From: Heptranchias perlo
Taxonomy: Eukaryota
NCBI RefSeq assembly: GCF_035084215.1
Contig: NC_090338.1
Coordinates: 57,226,001-57,290,000 of the forward strand
Direction: 5' to 3'
Length of the DNA stretch: 64,000 bases
Shown here in pieces: positions 12,537-23,662 of this stretch. Every line of letters begins with the position of its first letter. The stretch's first letter is position 1. The position numbers and the translations under genes were made by a program. The notes below the pieces were generated by a model. The model did not search any database, was not told where the DNA came from, and saw nothing but the letters and a program-made list of their open reading frames with translations.

Positions 12537-13451
12537 CAAACAGGACATTGGTATTACAAGTGCCCCAAGACAGTGCCAGATACAGAGGGACCTACACCTA
12601 CCACTCGCATTTGATTGTAAGGGGAAATTTGTTCCGTTCAACACTATCCCCTGAATGAGAAAATTCTTTTGTTCCTCTTTATAATATTTTAAATAGATTT
12701 TCCTATTCCCGTCCCTTGAAGTACTCAATCGCCTGTGTGCAGCGAATAAAGGAAAATTGAGTGGATTCTCCCAGCCCAATTTTTGTTTATTCACTGTGCC
12801 AAGGTGACACAATACACCTCGACACAAAAACAGGAAAATCTCCCCCGATAGCCTTTCGACAAGATGATAAAAATATTTAAATATACAGTTATGTGCCATC
12901 AGATTTATAGGGAATCAAATTCTTAAAATAACCAATATATGTTAACAATTTCGCGAAAAAAGATTATAATTAATTTTTAAATGCTCAGTGGAAACTAAAG
13001 GGGAGATTTTCAGTTACTGGGTCCTGATGCATATTGGGAATGTGTGCACCATTAAAATTAATGGATGGTAAATCACAGGCTGTGGGTGCACGATTCCCGA
13101 TACACACTCCTGGCACGTGCATACACTGGGAGCACAAAAGCTAAAAATCTCCCATTAAAAGTTTTAAGAGGAGTTTCCCATGTCCATTGTAAGTGTGCAG
13201 TGCGGTGTGTATCAGTGGCACTACACGCTGCTGCCTCTAGTTGTGGAAACAGTCCTCCGATTGGCAGCACGTTTTCTTGGGCTTGATGATGTTCTTGCTC
13301 AGACGGGTGGAGGATGAGCCTGGGTTGTGGGAAGATCACAGAACATTGCTGAACAGACATCATGTGCTTTGTTTGAAACATGCAGGGTTTTACGCTGAGA
13401 AAAGCCTCAATCCTGACACAACGAAGGAAGTGCTTCAGCCATGAAAGTGGT

Positions 13452-13471
13452 TCATGTTGTTGGATATTTAC
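13452..13471 (-). CDS. Candidate terminal coding exon of TIM copy B ((C)KYPTT*)
   Basis: Strong acceptor (tttaatattctcctttctgatcctcag); phase 1 matches the TM-exon donor; stop after 6 codons. Confidence 0.45.
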
Positions 13472-14800
13472 CTGAGGATCAGAAAGGAGAATATTAAAGT
13501 TAAACCACTCATCCACTGACTGAAGCTCACAATATAGTCACATTCGAGTAATACAGCACAGTAAAACACAGAAAACGGAAAACACATTTGTCGTTTGAAT
13601 TGCGTATCTAAATGAGCAGAGATGGACACTCAGACGCCTTCAGATCTGGACAATGATCTTGGTAAATTCAGATCTAAGCTGTAGCCACCAACGGTGCGAG
13701 TGGTGTGGGGTGTGTCTGTCTGTCTGGGGTGAGAGCAGGTGAGTTCAGCTTCCAGGTGTAGACCCTTTGTCAGAACACAGGCCTGGCGGGGAGGTGGGGG
13801 GGGGGGTAAACCTCCTCTGTATCCTCTCCAAGAACTTGACATACTTCCTAAAGTGTGGTGAAATCTAGGCCTCGCTTGCACCCATGATGCACTAAAAAGA
13901 ACTGAAGATGGCTGACAGGAGCAATGCTGAGGTCAGGGCTGAGCAATCCCAGCCCCTAAGGGTGGAACAAGGCTGGAGTTTCTGGCAGCAGGAGGCAGAC
14001 GGGCACCAGAGGTGCACCCAAAGTGGCACTTATACCCACCTGGCCTATGCTAATGAGGTGCTCTCCCACTGACCCCACAAACCCCAGTAGTGTCATTGTT
14101 GGGGGACATCGTCAAGAGTGATCCTGATGTAATACTGGGATCGCAACCTGAGCAAATTTAGGGCCAATGTTTGGAGGTCACTTTGCAACAGGAGAGAGCC
14201 CCTTTAACACCTTCTTGCTAAAACATTGTTTCCTTAAGCAGACCTATTCTGAGGCATCATCGAAGGAGCGGTGTGGTCTGTAGAACCTGGTGGACGGGTC
14301 ACTCCTAGTTGGTCATCTTCTTCTTTGTTACACCGTATCCCTGTGTACCTCTCTCATTTCCTCCTGTTCTGTCTCTATAATAAGGAACTCTATCGGAATG
14401 CCCCTAGTGAACTCCAGGGTAAGGGCTCCATGACAGAAGAGTGGAAACAAAAGATTTCCCTGCCTGAAAAGCACAGTTTAGAAAAGATATTTCTAATAGC
14501 TTCAGGGTCTATGGGTACAAACTGGTAAAAGACAAGTTCAGCACTGATGTCAGGAAGCACTTCTTTACACAAAGACTGATCAATACCTGGAATGGTATTG
14601 TGGGACCATACGTTTCCATGGCACAATGGACTAGAACCATCAAATGTCTTACCTTACCTGCATTTATCTTGGTGAAGTAAAGGACTTTCATTGCAGACTC
14701 ATACCATCAAACGCCATGTGAAAAATAAAGGCGATTGTGTAAAAAAATCTTATCAAAGCGTTTTCGGGATTAAGACAAATTATTAAATCATCGCACTTAC

Positions 14801-14909
14801 ATTTCCATTGGCAGAGGAGCACAGTGATTGCGATGAAACAGATTAAAACTGAAACACGAGCAGCCAACAGAATAGGAGAAATCAGTCTGCTAACCAGCAT
14901 TTCTGGTAC
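14801..14909 (-). CDS. Candidate transmembrane exon of TIM copy B (VPEMLVSRLISPILLAARVSVLICFIAITVLLCQWK)
   Basis: Hydrophobic stretch then WK; donor T|gtaagt; pyrimidine-rich acceptor ctgtgcttcag. Alternative phase-1 acceptors at 14947 or 14902 keep the same frame. Confidence 0.6.
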
Positions 14910-15636
14910 CTGAAGCACAGAAACAGAATCAGAGAACAGAAATCTTCCTTGCAATATGAAAACAAATAAATATCAGTGTAAGGATGTCAACTTACAAATC
15001 AATATGGAACATAGTGTTATTCATTAACCTTTGAACATTACTTGGGACCATGTTATCGCCAGCATCTTGAGTTTAATATGAACCAGCTGAACTGAGCATA
15101 ACTGTTCGAGTTTATACCAAGTACCCCTCATGACATTCTGCCACACCAGTCTCACTTCGATGTAACACAATTTCTCTTATCCCATTCTTATCAAGCTGGA
15201 TTTTCAATGAATCCACCCCAGAAGGTTTGGAGCGGGACCTCTGCCCACCGTCACCTTGGCTCAGTTTCCTGGGTCAGGGGTCATGAATATGCAGTGGTGG
15301 ATTCCTGGTGGGATCCCTGCCAGCAACAGGGAGTCTGCTGTTTCATACCACAAAAATTTGGTTGGTGCTGCTCTATTTTAGCTGTTGTTTGGTAGTTGAT
15401 GGCTCATCCCGAGATTCTTTTTCCCTTAACTCATGGGTCTCAGTCCCTATTGTCCATTTATCAGATGCAAGGTTGAGCAGGGGCAGGAGTTGGAGCTCGG
15501 AGGAGGAGGTGTGATTTGAGTAGAAAGTAAATAGCTGTGAACGTAGTTTTGCAGAATAGACCACATAAAGGTGGCATTTCTTGTCAAAAGCTTTGCAATG
15601 TCCAAGACAAGATGCATCAAAATGTTTATGTTCAGT

Positions 15637-16803
15637 TAGAATCATAGAAAGGTTACAGCACGGAAGGAGGCAATTCGGCCCATCGAGTCCATGCCGGCGC
15701 TATGTAACAGCAATCCAGCTAGTCCCATTCCCCCGCCCTATTCCGGTAGCCCTGCAATTTTTTTCCCTTCAAGTACTTATCCAGTTTCCTTTTGAAGGCC
15801 ATGATTGAATCTGCCTCCACCACCCCCTCAGGCAGTGCATTCCAGATCCTAAACACTGTGTAAGATGTTCTTCCTCATGTCACCTTTGGTTCTTTTGTCA
15901 ATCACCTTAAATCTATGTCCTGTGGTACTTGACCCTTCCGCCAATGGGAACAGTTTCTCTCTATCTACCCTGCCTAGACCCTTCATGATTTTGAATACCT
16001 CCATCAAATCTCCTCTCAACCTTCTCTGTTCCAAGGAGAACAACCCAGCTTCTCCAGTCTATCCACGTAACTAAAGTTCCTCATCCTTGGAATCATTCGA
16101 GTAAATCTCTTCTGCATCCTCTCTAAGGCCTTCACATCTTTCCTAAAGTGCGATGCCCAGAACTGGACACAATACTCCAGTTGTGGCTGAACCAGTGTTT
16201 TATAGAGGTTCATCATGACTTCCATATTTCTATACTCTATGCCTCTATTTATAAAGCCCAGGATCCTGTATTTTTTTTAACGGCTATCTTAACCTGCCCT
16301 GCCACCTTCAACGATTTGCGCACATATACCTGCAGATCTCTCTGTTCCTGTACCCCTTTTAGAGTTGCCTCTCCTCGTTCTTCCTACCGAAATGTATCAC
16401 TTTGCATTTTTCTGCGTTAAATTTCATCTGCCACGTGTCCGCCCATGCCACCAACCTGTCTGCCTGCTTTTGAAATCTATCACTGTCCTCCTCACTGTTC
16501 ACTACCCTTCCAAGTTTTGTGTCATCTGCAAATTTGGGATTTGCAGCCTGTACAACCAAGTCCAAGTCATTAATATATATCAAGAAAAGCAGTGGTCCCA
16601 GCACCGACCCCTGGGGAACACCATTCTACATCTCCCTCCAGTCCAAAAAACAACCATTCACCACTACTCTCTGTTTCCTGTCCCTTAGCCAATTCTGTAT
16701 ACATGTTGTTACTGCCCCCTTTATTCCATGGGCCGCAATCTTGATGATAAGCCTACCGTGCGGCACTTTATCAAACAGCTTTTGAAAGTCCATTTATACC
16801 ACA
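15637..16803 (-). mobile_element. CR1 LINE 3' portion, decayed
   Basis: [37 protein letters not shown] motifs; ctatgattct tail. Confidence 0.9.
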
Positions 16804-19800
16804 TTTTCTTTTTATTCGTTCACAGAATGTGGGCGTCGCTGGCAAGGCCGGCATTTATTGCCCATCCCTAATTGCCCTTGAGAAGGTGGTGGTGAGCCGC
16901 CTTCTTGAACCGCTGCAGTCCGTGTGGTGACGGTTTTCCCACAGTGCTGTTAGGAAGGGAGTTCCAGGATTTTGACCCAGCGACAATGAAGGAACGGCGA
17001 TATATTTCCAAGTCGGGATGGTGTGTGACTTGGAGGGGAACGTGCAGGTGGTGTTGTTCCCATGTGCCTGCTGCTCTTGTCCTTCTAGGTGGTAGAGGTC
17101 GCGGGTTTGGGAGGTGCTGTCGAAGAAGCCTTGGCGAGTTGCTGCAGTGCATCCTGTGGATGGTGCACACTGCAGCCACAGTGCGCTGGTGGTGAAGGGA
17201 GTGAATGTTTAGGGTGGTGGATGGGGTGCCAATCAAGCGGGCTGCTTTATCTTGGATGGTGTTGAGCTTCTTGAGTGTTGTTGGAGCTGCACTCATCCAA
17301 GCAAGTGGAGAGTATTCCATCACACTCCTGACTTGTGCTTTGTAGATGGTGGAAAGGCTTCGGGGAGTCAGGAGGTGAGTCACTCGCCGCAGAATACCCA
17401 GCCTCTGACCTGCTCTCGTAGCCACAGTATTTATATGGCTGGTCCAGTTAAGTTTCTGGTCAATGGTGACCCCCAGGATGTTGATGGTGGGGGATTCGGC
17501 GATGGTAATGCCGTTGAATGTTAAGGGGAGGTGGTTAGACTCTCTCTTGTTGGAGATGGTCATTGCCTGGCACTTATCTGACGCGAATGTTACTTGCCAC
17601 TTATGAGCCCAAGACTGGATGTTGTCCAGGTCTTGCTGCATGCAGGCTCGGACTGCTTCATTATCTGAGGGGTTGCGAATGGAACTGAACACTGTGCAGT
17701 CATCAGCGAACATCCCCATTTCTGACCTTATGATGGAGGGAAGGTCATTGATGAAGCAGCTGAAGATGGTTGGGCCTAGGACACTGCCCTGAGGAACTCC
17801 TGCAGCAATGTCCTGGGGCTGAGATGATTGGCCTCCAACAACCACTACCATCTTCCTTTGTGCTAGGTAGAGTTTTCCCCCTGATTCCCATTGACTTCAA
17901 TTTTACTAGGGCTCCTTGGTGCCACACTCGGTCAAATGCTGCTTGATGTCAAGGGCAGTCACTCTCACCTCACCTCTGGAATTCAGCTCTTTTGTCCATG
18001 TTTGGACCAAGGCTGTAATGAGGTCTGGAGCCGAGTGGTCCTGGCGGAACCCAAACTGAGCATCGGTGAGCAGGTTATTGGTGAGTAAGTGCCGCTTGAT
18101 AGCACTGTCGACGACACCTTCCATCACTTTGCTGATGATTGAGAGTAGACTGATGGGGCGGTAATTGGCCGGATTGGATTTGTCCTGCTTTTTGTGGACA
18201 GGACATACCTGGGCAATTTTCCACATTGTCGGGTGGATGCCAGTGTTGTAGCTGTATTGGAACAGCTTGGCTAGAGGTGCAGCTAGTTCTGGAGCACAAG
18301 TCTTCAGCACTACAGCTGGGATGTTGTCGGGGCCCATAGCCTTAGCTGTATCCAGTGCACTCAGCCGTTTCTTGATATCACGTGGAGTGAATCGAATTGG
18401 CCGAAGACTGGCTTCCGTGATGGTGGGGATATCGGGAGGAGGCTGAGATGGATTATCCACTCGGCACTTCTGGCTGAAGATGGTTGCAAACGCTTCAGCC
18501 TTGTCTTTTGCACTCACGTGCTGGACTCCGCCATCATTGAGAATGGGGATGTTTGCAGAGCCTCCTCCTCCAGTTAGTTGTTTAATTGTCCACCACCATT
18601 CACGACTGGATGTGGCATGACTGCAGAGCTTTGATCTGATCCGTTGGTTGTGGAATCGCTTAGCTCTGTCTATAGCATGTTGCTTCCGCTGTTTAGCATG
18701 CATGTAATCCTGAGTTGTAGCTTCACCAGGTTGGCACCTCATTTTTAGGTACGCCTGGTGCTGCTCCTGGCATGCTCTTACTACACTCCTCATTGAACCA
18801 GGGTTGATCCCCTGGTTTGTTGGTAATGGTAGAGTGAGGAATATGCTGGGCCATGAGGTTACAGATTGTGCTGGAATACAATTCTGCTGCTGCTGATGGC
18901 CCACAGCGCCTCATGGATGCCCAGTTTTGAGCTGCTAGATCTGTTCTGAATCTATCCCATTTAGCACGGTGGTAGTGCCACACAACACGTTGGATGGTGT
19001 CCTCAGTGCGAAGACGGGATTTCATCTCCACGAGGACTGTGCGGTGGTCACTCCTACCAATACTGTCATGGACAGATGCATTTGCGACAGGTAGATTGGT
19101 GAGGACGAGGTCAAGTAAGTTTTTCCCTCGTGTTGGTTCGCTCACCACCTGCCGCAGGCCCAGTCTAGCAGCTATGTCCTTCAGGACTCGGCCAGCTCGG
19201 TCAGTAGTGGTGCTACCGAGCCACTCTTGGTGATGGACATTGAAGTCCCCCACCCAGAGTACATTTTGTGCCCTTGCTACCCTCAGTGCTTCCTCCAAGT
19301 GGTGTTCAACATGGAGGAGGACTGATTCATCAGCTGAGGGAGGGCGGTGGGTCGTAATCAGCAGGAGGTTTCCTTGCCCATGTTTGACCTGATGCCATGA
19401 GATTTCATGGGGTCCAGAGTCAATGTTGAGGACTCCCAGGGCCACTCCCTCCTGACTGTATATCACTGTACCGCCACCTCTGGTGGGTCTGTCCTGCCGG
19501 TGGGACAGGACATACCCAGGGATGGTGATGGAAGAGTCTGGGACGTTGGCTGAAAGATATGATTCCGTGAGTATGGCTATGTCAGGCTGTTGCTTGACTA
19601 GTCTGTGGGACAGCTCTCCCAATTTTGGCACAAGTCCCCAGATGTTAGTAAGGAGGACCTTGCAGGGTCGACTGGGCTTGGTGTTTTGCCGTTGTCGTGT
19701 CCGGTGCCTAGTGGTCCGTCCGATTTTATCCTTATTATGACTTTTTGTAGCGAGATTTTACAACTGAGTGGCTTGCTCGGCCATTTCAGAGGACAATTAA

Positions 19801-20088
19801 GAATCAACCACATTGCTGTGGGTCTGGAGTCACATATAGGCCAGACCGGGTAAGGGCGGCAGGCTTCCTTCCCTAAAGGACATTAGTGAACCAGATGGGT
19901 TTTTACGACAATCCGGTAGTTTCATGGCCATCGTTACTGATACTAGTATTTTAAATCCAGATTTTTATTTAATTAATTGAATTTAAATTCGCCAGCTGCC
20001 GTGGCGGGATTTGAACTCATGACTCTGGATTTTAGTCCAGGCCTCTGGATTACTAGCCTAGTAACATAACCACTATGCTACCGTACCC
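16804..20088 (-). mobile_element. Full-length 3.3-kb LINE (CR1/L2-group-like APE+RT, single ORF with a few frameshifts) with tRNA-derived 5' head and poly(A) tail
   Basis: APE: VLLTNIWGL, ILTESYL, VGDFN, NLLDLV, GRSDH. RT: [28 protein letters not shown]. Head with A and B boxes at 19997-20088. A-rich tail at 16804-16813. Confidence 0.9.
19997..20088 (-). promoter_or_regulatory. tRNA-like internal Pol III promoter at the LINE 5' end (A box TAGCATAGTGG 20070-20080; B box GTTCAAATCC 20007-20016)
   Basis: Consensus type-2 A and B boxes in tRNA order, starting at the element's first base. Confidence 0.8.
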
Positions 20089-20763
20089 AGTCTATTCTCA
20101 ATCATCAGCAAAGTGATGGAAAGTGTCGTTGACAGTGCTATCAAGCGGCACTTACTCACCAATAACCTGCTCACCGATGCTCAGTTTGGGTTCCGCCAGG
20201 ACCACTTGACTCCAGACCTCATTACAGCTTTAGTCCAAACCTGGACAAAAGAGCTGAATTCCAGAGGTGAGGTGAGAGTGGCTGCCCTTGATATCAAGGC
20301 AGCATTTGACCGAGTGTGGCATCAAGGAGTCCTAGTAAAATTGAAATCAATGGTAATCGCGGGGAAAGTCTCCAGTGGTTGGAGTCATACCAAGCACAAA
20401 GGAAGATGGTAGTGGTTGTTGGAGGACAATGATCTCAGCTCCAGGACATTGCTGCAGGAGTTCCTCAGGGCAGTGTCCTAGGCCCAACCATCTTCAGCTG
20501 CTTCATCAATGACCTCCCCTCCATCATAAGGTCAGAAGCAGGGATGTTCCCTGATGATTGCACAGTGTTCAGTTCCATTCGCAACCCCTCAGATAATGAA
20601 GCAGTCTGAGCCCGCATGCAGCAAGACCTGGACAACATCCAGGCTTGGGCTGATAAGTGACAAGTAACATTATCGCCAGACAAGTGCCAGGCAATGACCA
20701 TCTCCAACAAATGTAAGGAATCTTACAACACCCAGGTTATAGTCCAACAATTTTATTTTAAAA

Positions 20764-20800
20764 TCACAAGCTTTCGGAGATTATCTCCTTCGTCAGGTGA
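20764..20800 (-). ncRNA. Minimal hammerhead ribozyme motif
   Basis: Reverse complement reads TCAC-CTGACGA-A-GGAGA(TAA)TCTCC-GAAA-GCTT-GTGA. Confidence 0.75.
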
Positions 20801-20934
20801 GTAGTGAATGAGAGCTTCTCAAATCGCATATCTTATATTAGACTGGGACACCATCACACCAATCAAAGGTGTCGTTGGTGTTCAGACAGGTTAGCCACAG
20901 AAAACAGTAGGTCCCAGTATACTGAATACACAAT

Positions 20935-23001
20935 GGGCCCGATGTTAGCAGGGCTGCGGGTTCTTGGCGGGGGGGGGGGGGGGGGGGATCCGGGCGCGTG
21001 CGTAACGCGCCCGGTGGAATTAGTGAGTTTCCCGCGCGATCGTAGCAGACAAACCACTAATTGGATTCACTTACCTGCTCCTCCAGGTTCCCCACTGCTA
21101 ATCTGCGCGTCGGGCAGACTGCGCATGCGCAGTAAGATCTGTCAGCTGGAGGAGCTCTATTTAAAGGGGCAGTCCTCCACTGACAGATGCTGCCACAAAC
21201 AGTAAATATTACAGCATGGAGCAGCCCAGGGGGAAGGCTGCTCCCAGTTTAATGATGCCTCACTCCAGGTATCAATACATGGGGTGAGGGGGAGGGGGAG
21301 GACAGAGATCTTCCACCCGGCGGGCGGGAGGAAGCGGCCCGTCTCTGCCACCAGGAAGGCCTGGCTCGAGGTGGCAGAGGAGGTCACCAGTGCCACCAAC
21401 ATATCACCCACCTGCATACAGTGCAGGAGGCGCTCCAATGACCTCAGTAGGTCAGCCAAAGTGAGTACACGTAGTCTTTCCCCTACACTCCGTCTGCCAC
21501 AGCACTGCCCCCACCCCACATCTCCTTCGGCACTGCCAACACTACTCTGTCACAGCACCCCTCATACCCACTCAAACTTCATCCTCATCTTACCTGCACC
21601 TACTCACCTCGCCAGTACTCACCCCGCCACTACCACTCAACCCAATCCTCATACAATCTCATGGCTCTATCCCATACTCACCCTCTCGTGCATCTCCCTC
21701 ACGGCCAGCCTCACTCAACCTGCCACTACCTGTGCTGCAGCCACAGGGCATGCATCACATATGTGCAGTAGGAAGCGTAAGGCAAACGTGTCGTGAGCAT
21801 GAAGGGGATCCACAAGGGTGTTTGAGGGTTCGTCATGGTTGTTACTGATATTGAATTTCAGAACAACTCACATTACACATTATATTGGCACCACTACTGC
21901 CATGTCTTCACGAATCATGTCTGGTTTGTGCAATAATGCCCGCTCCTGAGGATCACTATGAGGACCCACAACTGATGCCACCCATTGTGTCACTGCAGAG
22001 TGGGTGTAGGTGTATTTGCAGGGCTCTTCTGCGCAGACGACTGAGAGACATCGGCGATGTCCCCGGTTGCACCCTGGAAGGATGCAGAGAAGTTGTGGAG
22101 GGCAGTGGTGACTTTGACAGCGACAGGTAAGAAGATGGTGCTCGGGCCAGCCGGGGGCAGCTCGGCATTAAAGAGGCTGCAGATGTCCACGGCTACATGT
22201 CGAGTGACTCTGAGCCTCCGTGTGCACTGCTGCTCAGAGAGGTCCAGGAGGCTGAGCCTCGGTCTGTGGACCCTGTGGCGAGGGTAGTGCCCTCTGCGAC
22301 GCATCTCTCTCTGCGGTTGCCCTCCCTCCTGCTGTACAGGTGGATGTGTCACAGCATTCTGTTGTGGAGCTCCACGTGTCAGAGGTGGACGGCATGGATG
22401 GCGAGGCTGGTGAGGCTGGTGATGCTGCTCGCCCTCCGAGGAGGTCATGACTGCAGCTACGGCGGCCCCCATCCGCGAGATGTACATCTGAGGGGGTCCG
22501 CAAGGTAGGTACATGTCTCCGGACCCCGGGGTAAGTGTGCAGGTTGGTGACTTTGACTGTCAGGAGGAGGGTGGTGGAGGCCAAACTTTGTCCCAAGTGA
22601 CGGAGTGGCCTCCTGCAATGAGTGAGGGTCTCCCCCCCCACCTGTCAAATGGACCTTTGCAGCTGCCACAGGCTGACAGCTGCAACACGTCCATTCGACC
22701 TGGCAGTGTTTCCCCCAGTGTGGGAAACAGTCCCATTTTGTTCTAAAATCCCACATAGTTCCTTAATCATGTCAGTTAATGACCTGAAATACTTAAATAA
22801 TTACTGTCAAGTGGCATCCCGCTGGCTTTAATTGCCTGCGGGATTCCCACCAGCGGGGGCTGCGCGCACACGCCGGCGCGTCAGCGGGGAACCCGGAAGT
22901 GCGCGGGTTCGGGGCGGGCTCTGGTACCGCGCCGGGATTCTCCGATTTTCGGAGCCCCCCCGCGGGGAACGCACCCGATAGCGGGTGCTAAAATGGAGCC
23001 C
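20935..23001. mobile_element. Internally deleted PIF/Harbinger DNA transposon (Myb/SANT ORF on +, transposase N-terminus on -), TSD AAT
   Basis: TIRs gggcccgatgttagca / tgctaaaatggagccc; AAT at 20932-20934 and 23002-23004; 'RKAWLEVAEEV..IQCRRRSNDL' and 'LSEQQCTRRLR..LPVAVKVTTAL..SFQGATGD'. Confidence 0.88.
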
Positions 23002-23385
23002 AATGTGTCAAATTACACAGACAGAGAGAAAGAGACCCGAAAGGCAGAGAGAGAGAGAGGGAGAGAGAGAATTTCCAGTTGTATTAAAAACAGATAACTT
23101 TTTTTTCCTTGCTGGTGGGGTTACGCTACACGTAACCCCACCAGCAAGGAAAAAAAAGTTATCTGTTTTTAATACAACTGGAAATTCTCTCTCTCCCTCT
23201 CTCTCTCTCTGCCTTTCGGGTCTCTTTCTCTCTGTCTGTATAATTTGACACATTGTGTATTCAGCATACTAGGACCTACTGTTTTCCGTGGCTAACCTGT
23301 CTGAACACCAACGACACCTTTGATTGGTGTGATGGTGTCCCAGCCTAATATAAGATATGCGATTTGAGAACCTCTCATTCACTAC

Positions 23386-23422
23386 TCACCTGACGAAGGA
23401 GATAATCTCTGAAAGCTTGTGA
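23386..23422 (+). ncRNA. Minimal hammerhead ribozyme motif
   Basis: TCAC-CTGACGA-A-GGAGA(TAA)TCTCT-GAAA-GCTT-GTGA (one G.U pair in stem II). Confidence 0.7.
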
Positions 23423-23662
23423 TTTTAAAATAAAATTGTTGGACTATAACCTGGTGTTGTAAGATTCCTTACATTTGTCCACCCCAGTCCATCACCGGCA
23501 TCTCCACATCATCTCCAACAAGAGAGAGTCTAAACACCTCCCCTTCACATTCAGTGGCATCACCATCGCTGAATTCCCCCCCCACCAACAACATCCTGTG
23601 GGTCACCATTCACCGGAAACTTAACTGGACCAGCCACGTAAATGATGTGGCTACAAGAGCAG

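Larger units (their letters stand above)
20711..23509. mobile_element. Fold-back Penelope-like element (arms 20707-20934 + 23005-23125 and 23131-23478; loop CTACA; 31-nt tail) with 12-bp TSD CATCTCCAACAA
   Basis: Near-perfect inverted repeat; hammerheads at 20764-20800 (-) and 23386-23422 (+); TSD at 20699-20710 and 23510-23521. Confidence 0.85.

Noticed and set aside
13073-13516. 147-aa ORF as a long TIM cytoplasmic tail
   Set aside because: It needs a phase-0 join, but the TM exon donor is phase 1, which gives CKYPTT*. No recognisable signalling motifs.
19997-20088. Functional tRNA gene
   Set aside because: The acceptor stem does not pair, the A-B spacer is expanded and there is no T-run terminator; it is the head of a retroelement.
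21216-22514. Host HARBI1/NAIF1/MSANTD genes
   Set aside because: Frameshifted, truncated and bounded by TIRs with a TSD; a transposon copy.
22985-23253. Near-identical ORFs on both strands
   Set aside because: A by-product of the DNA palindrome.
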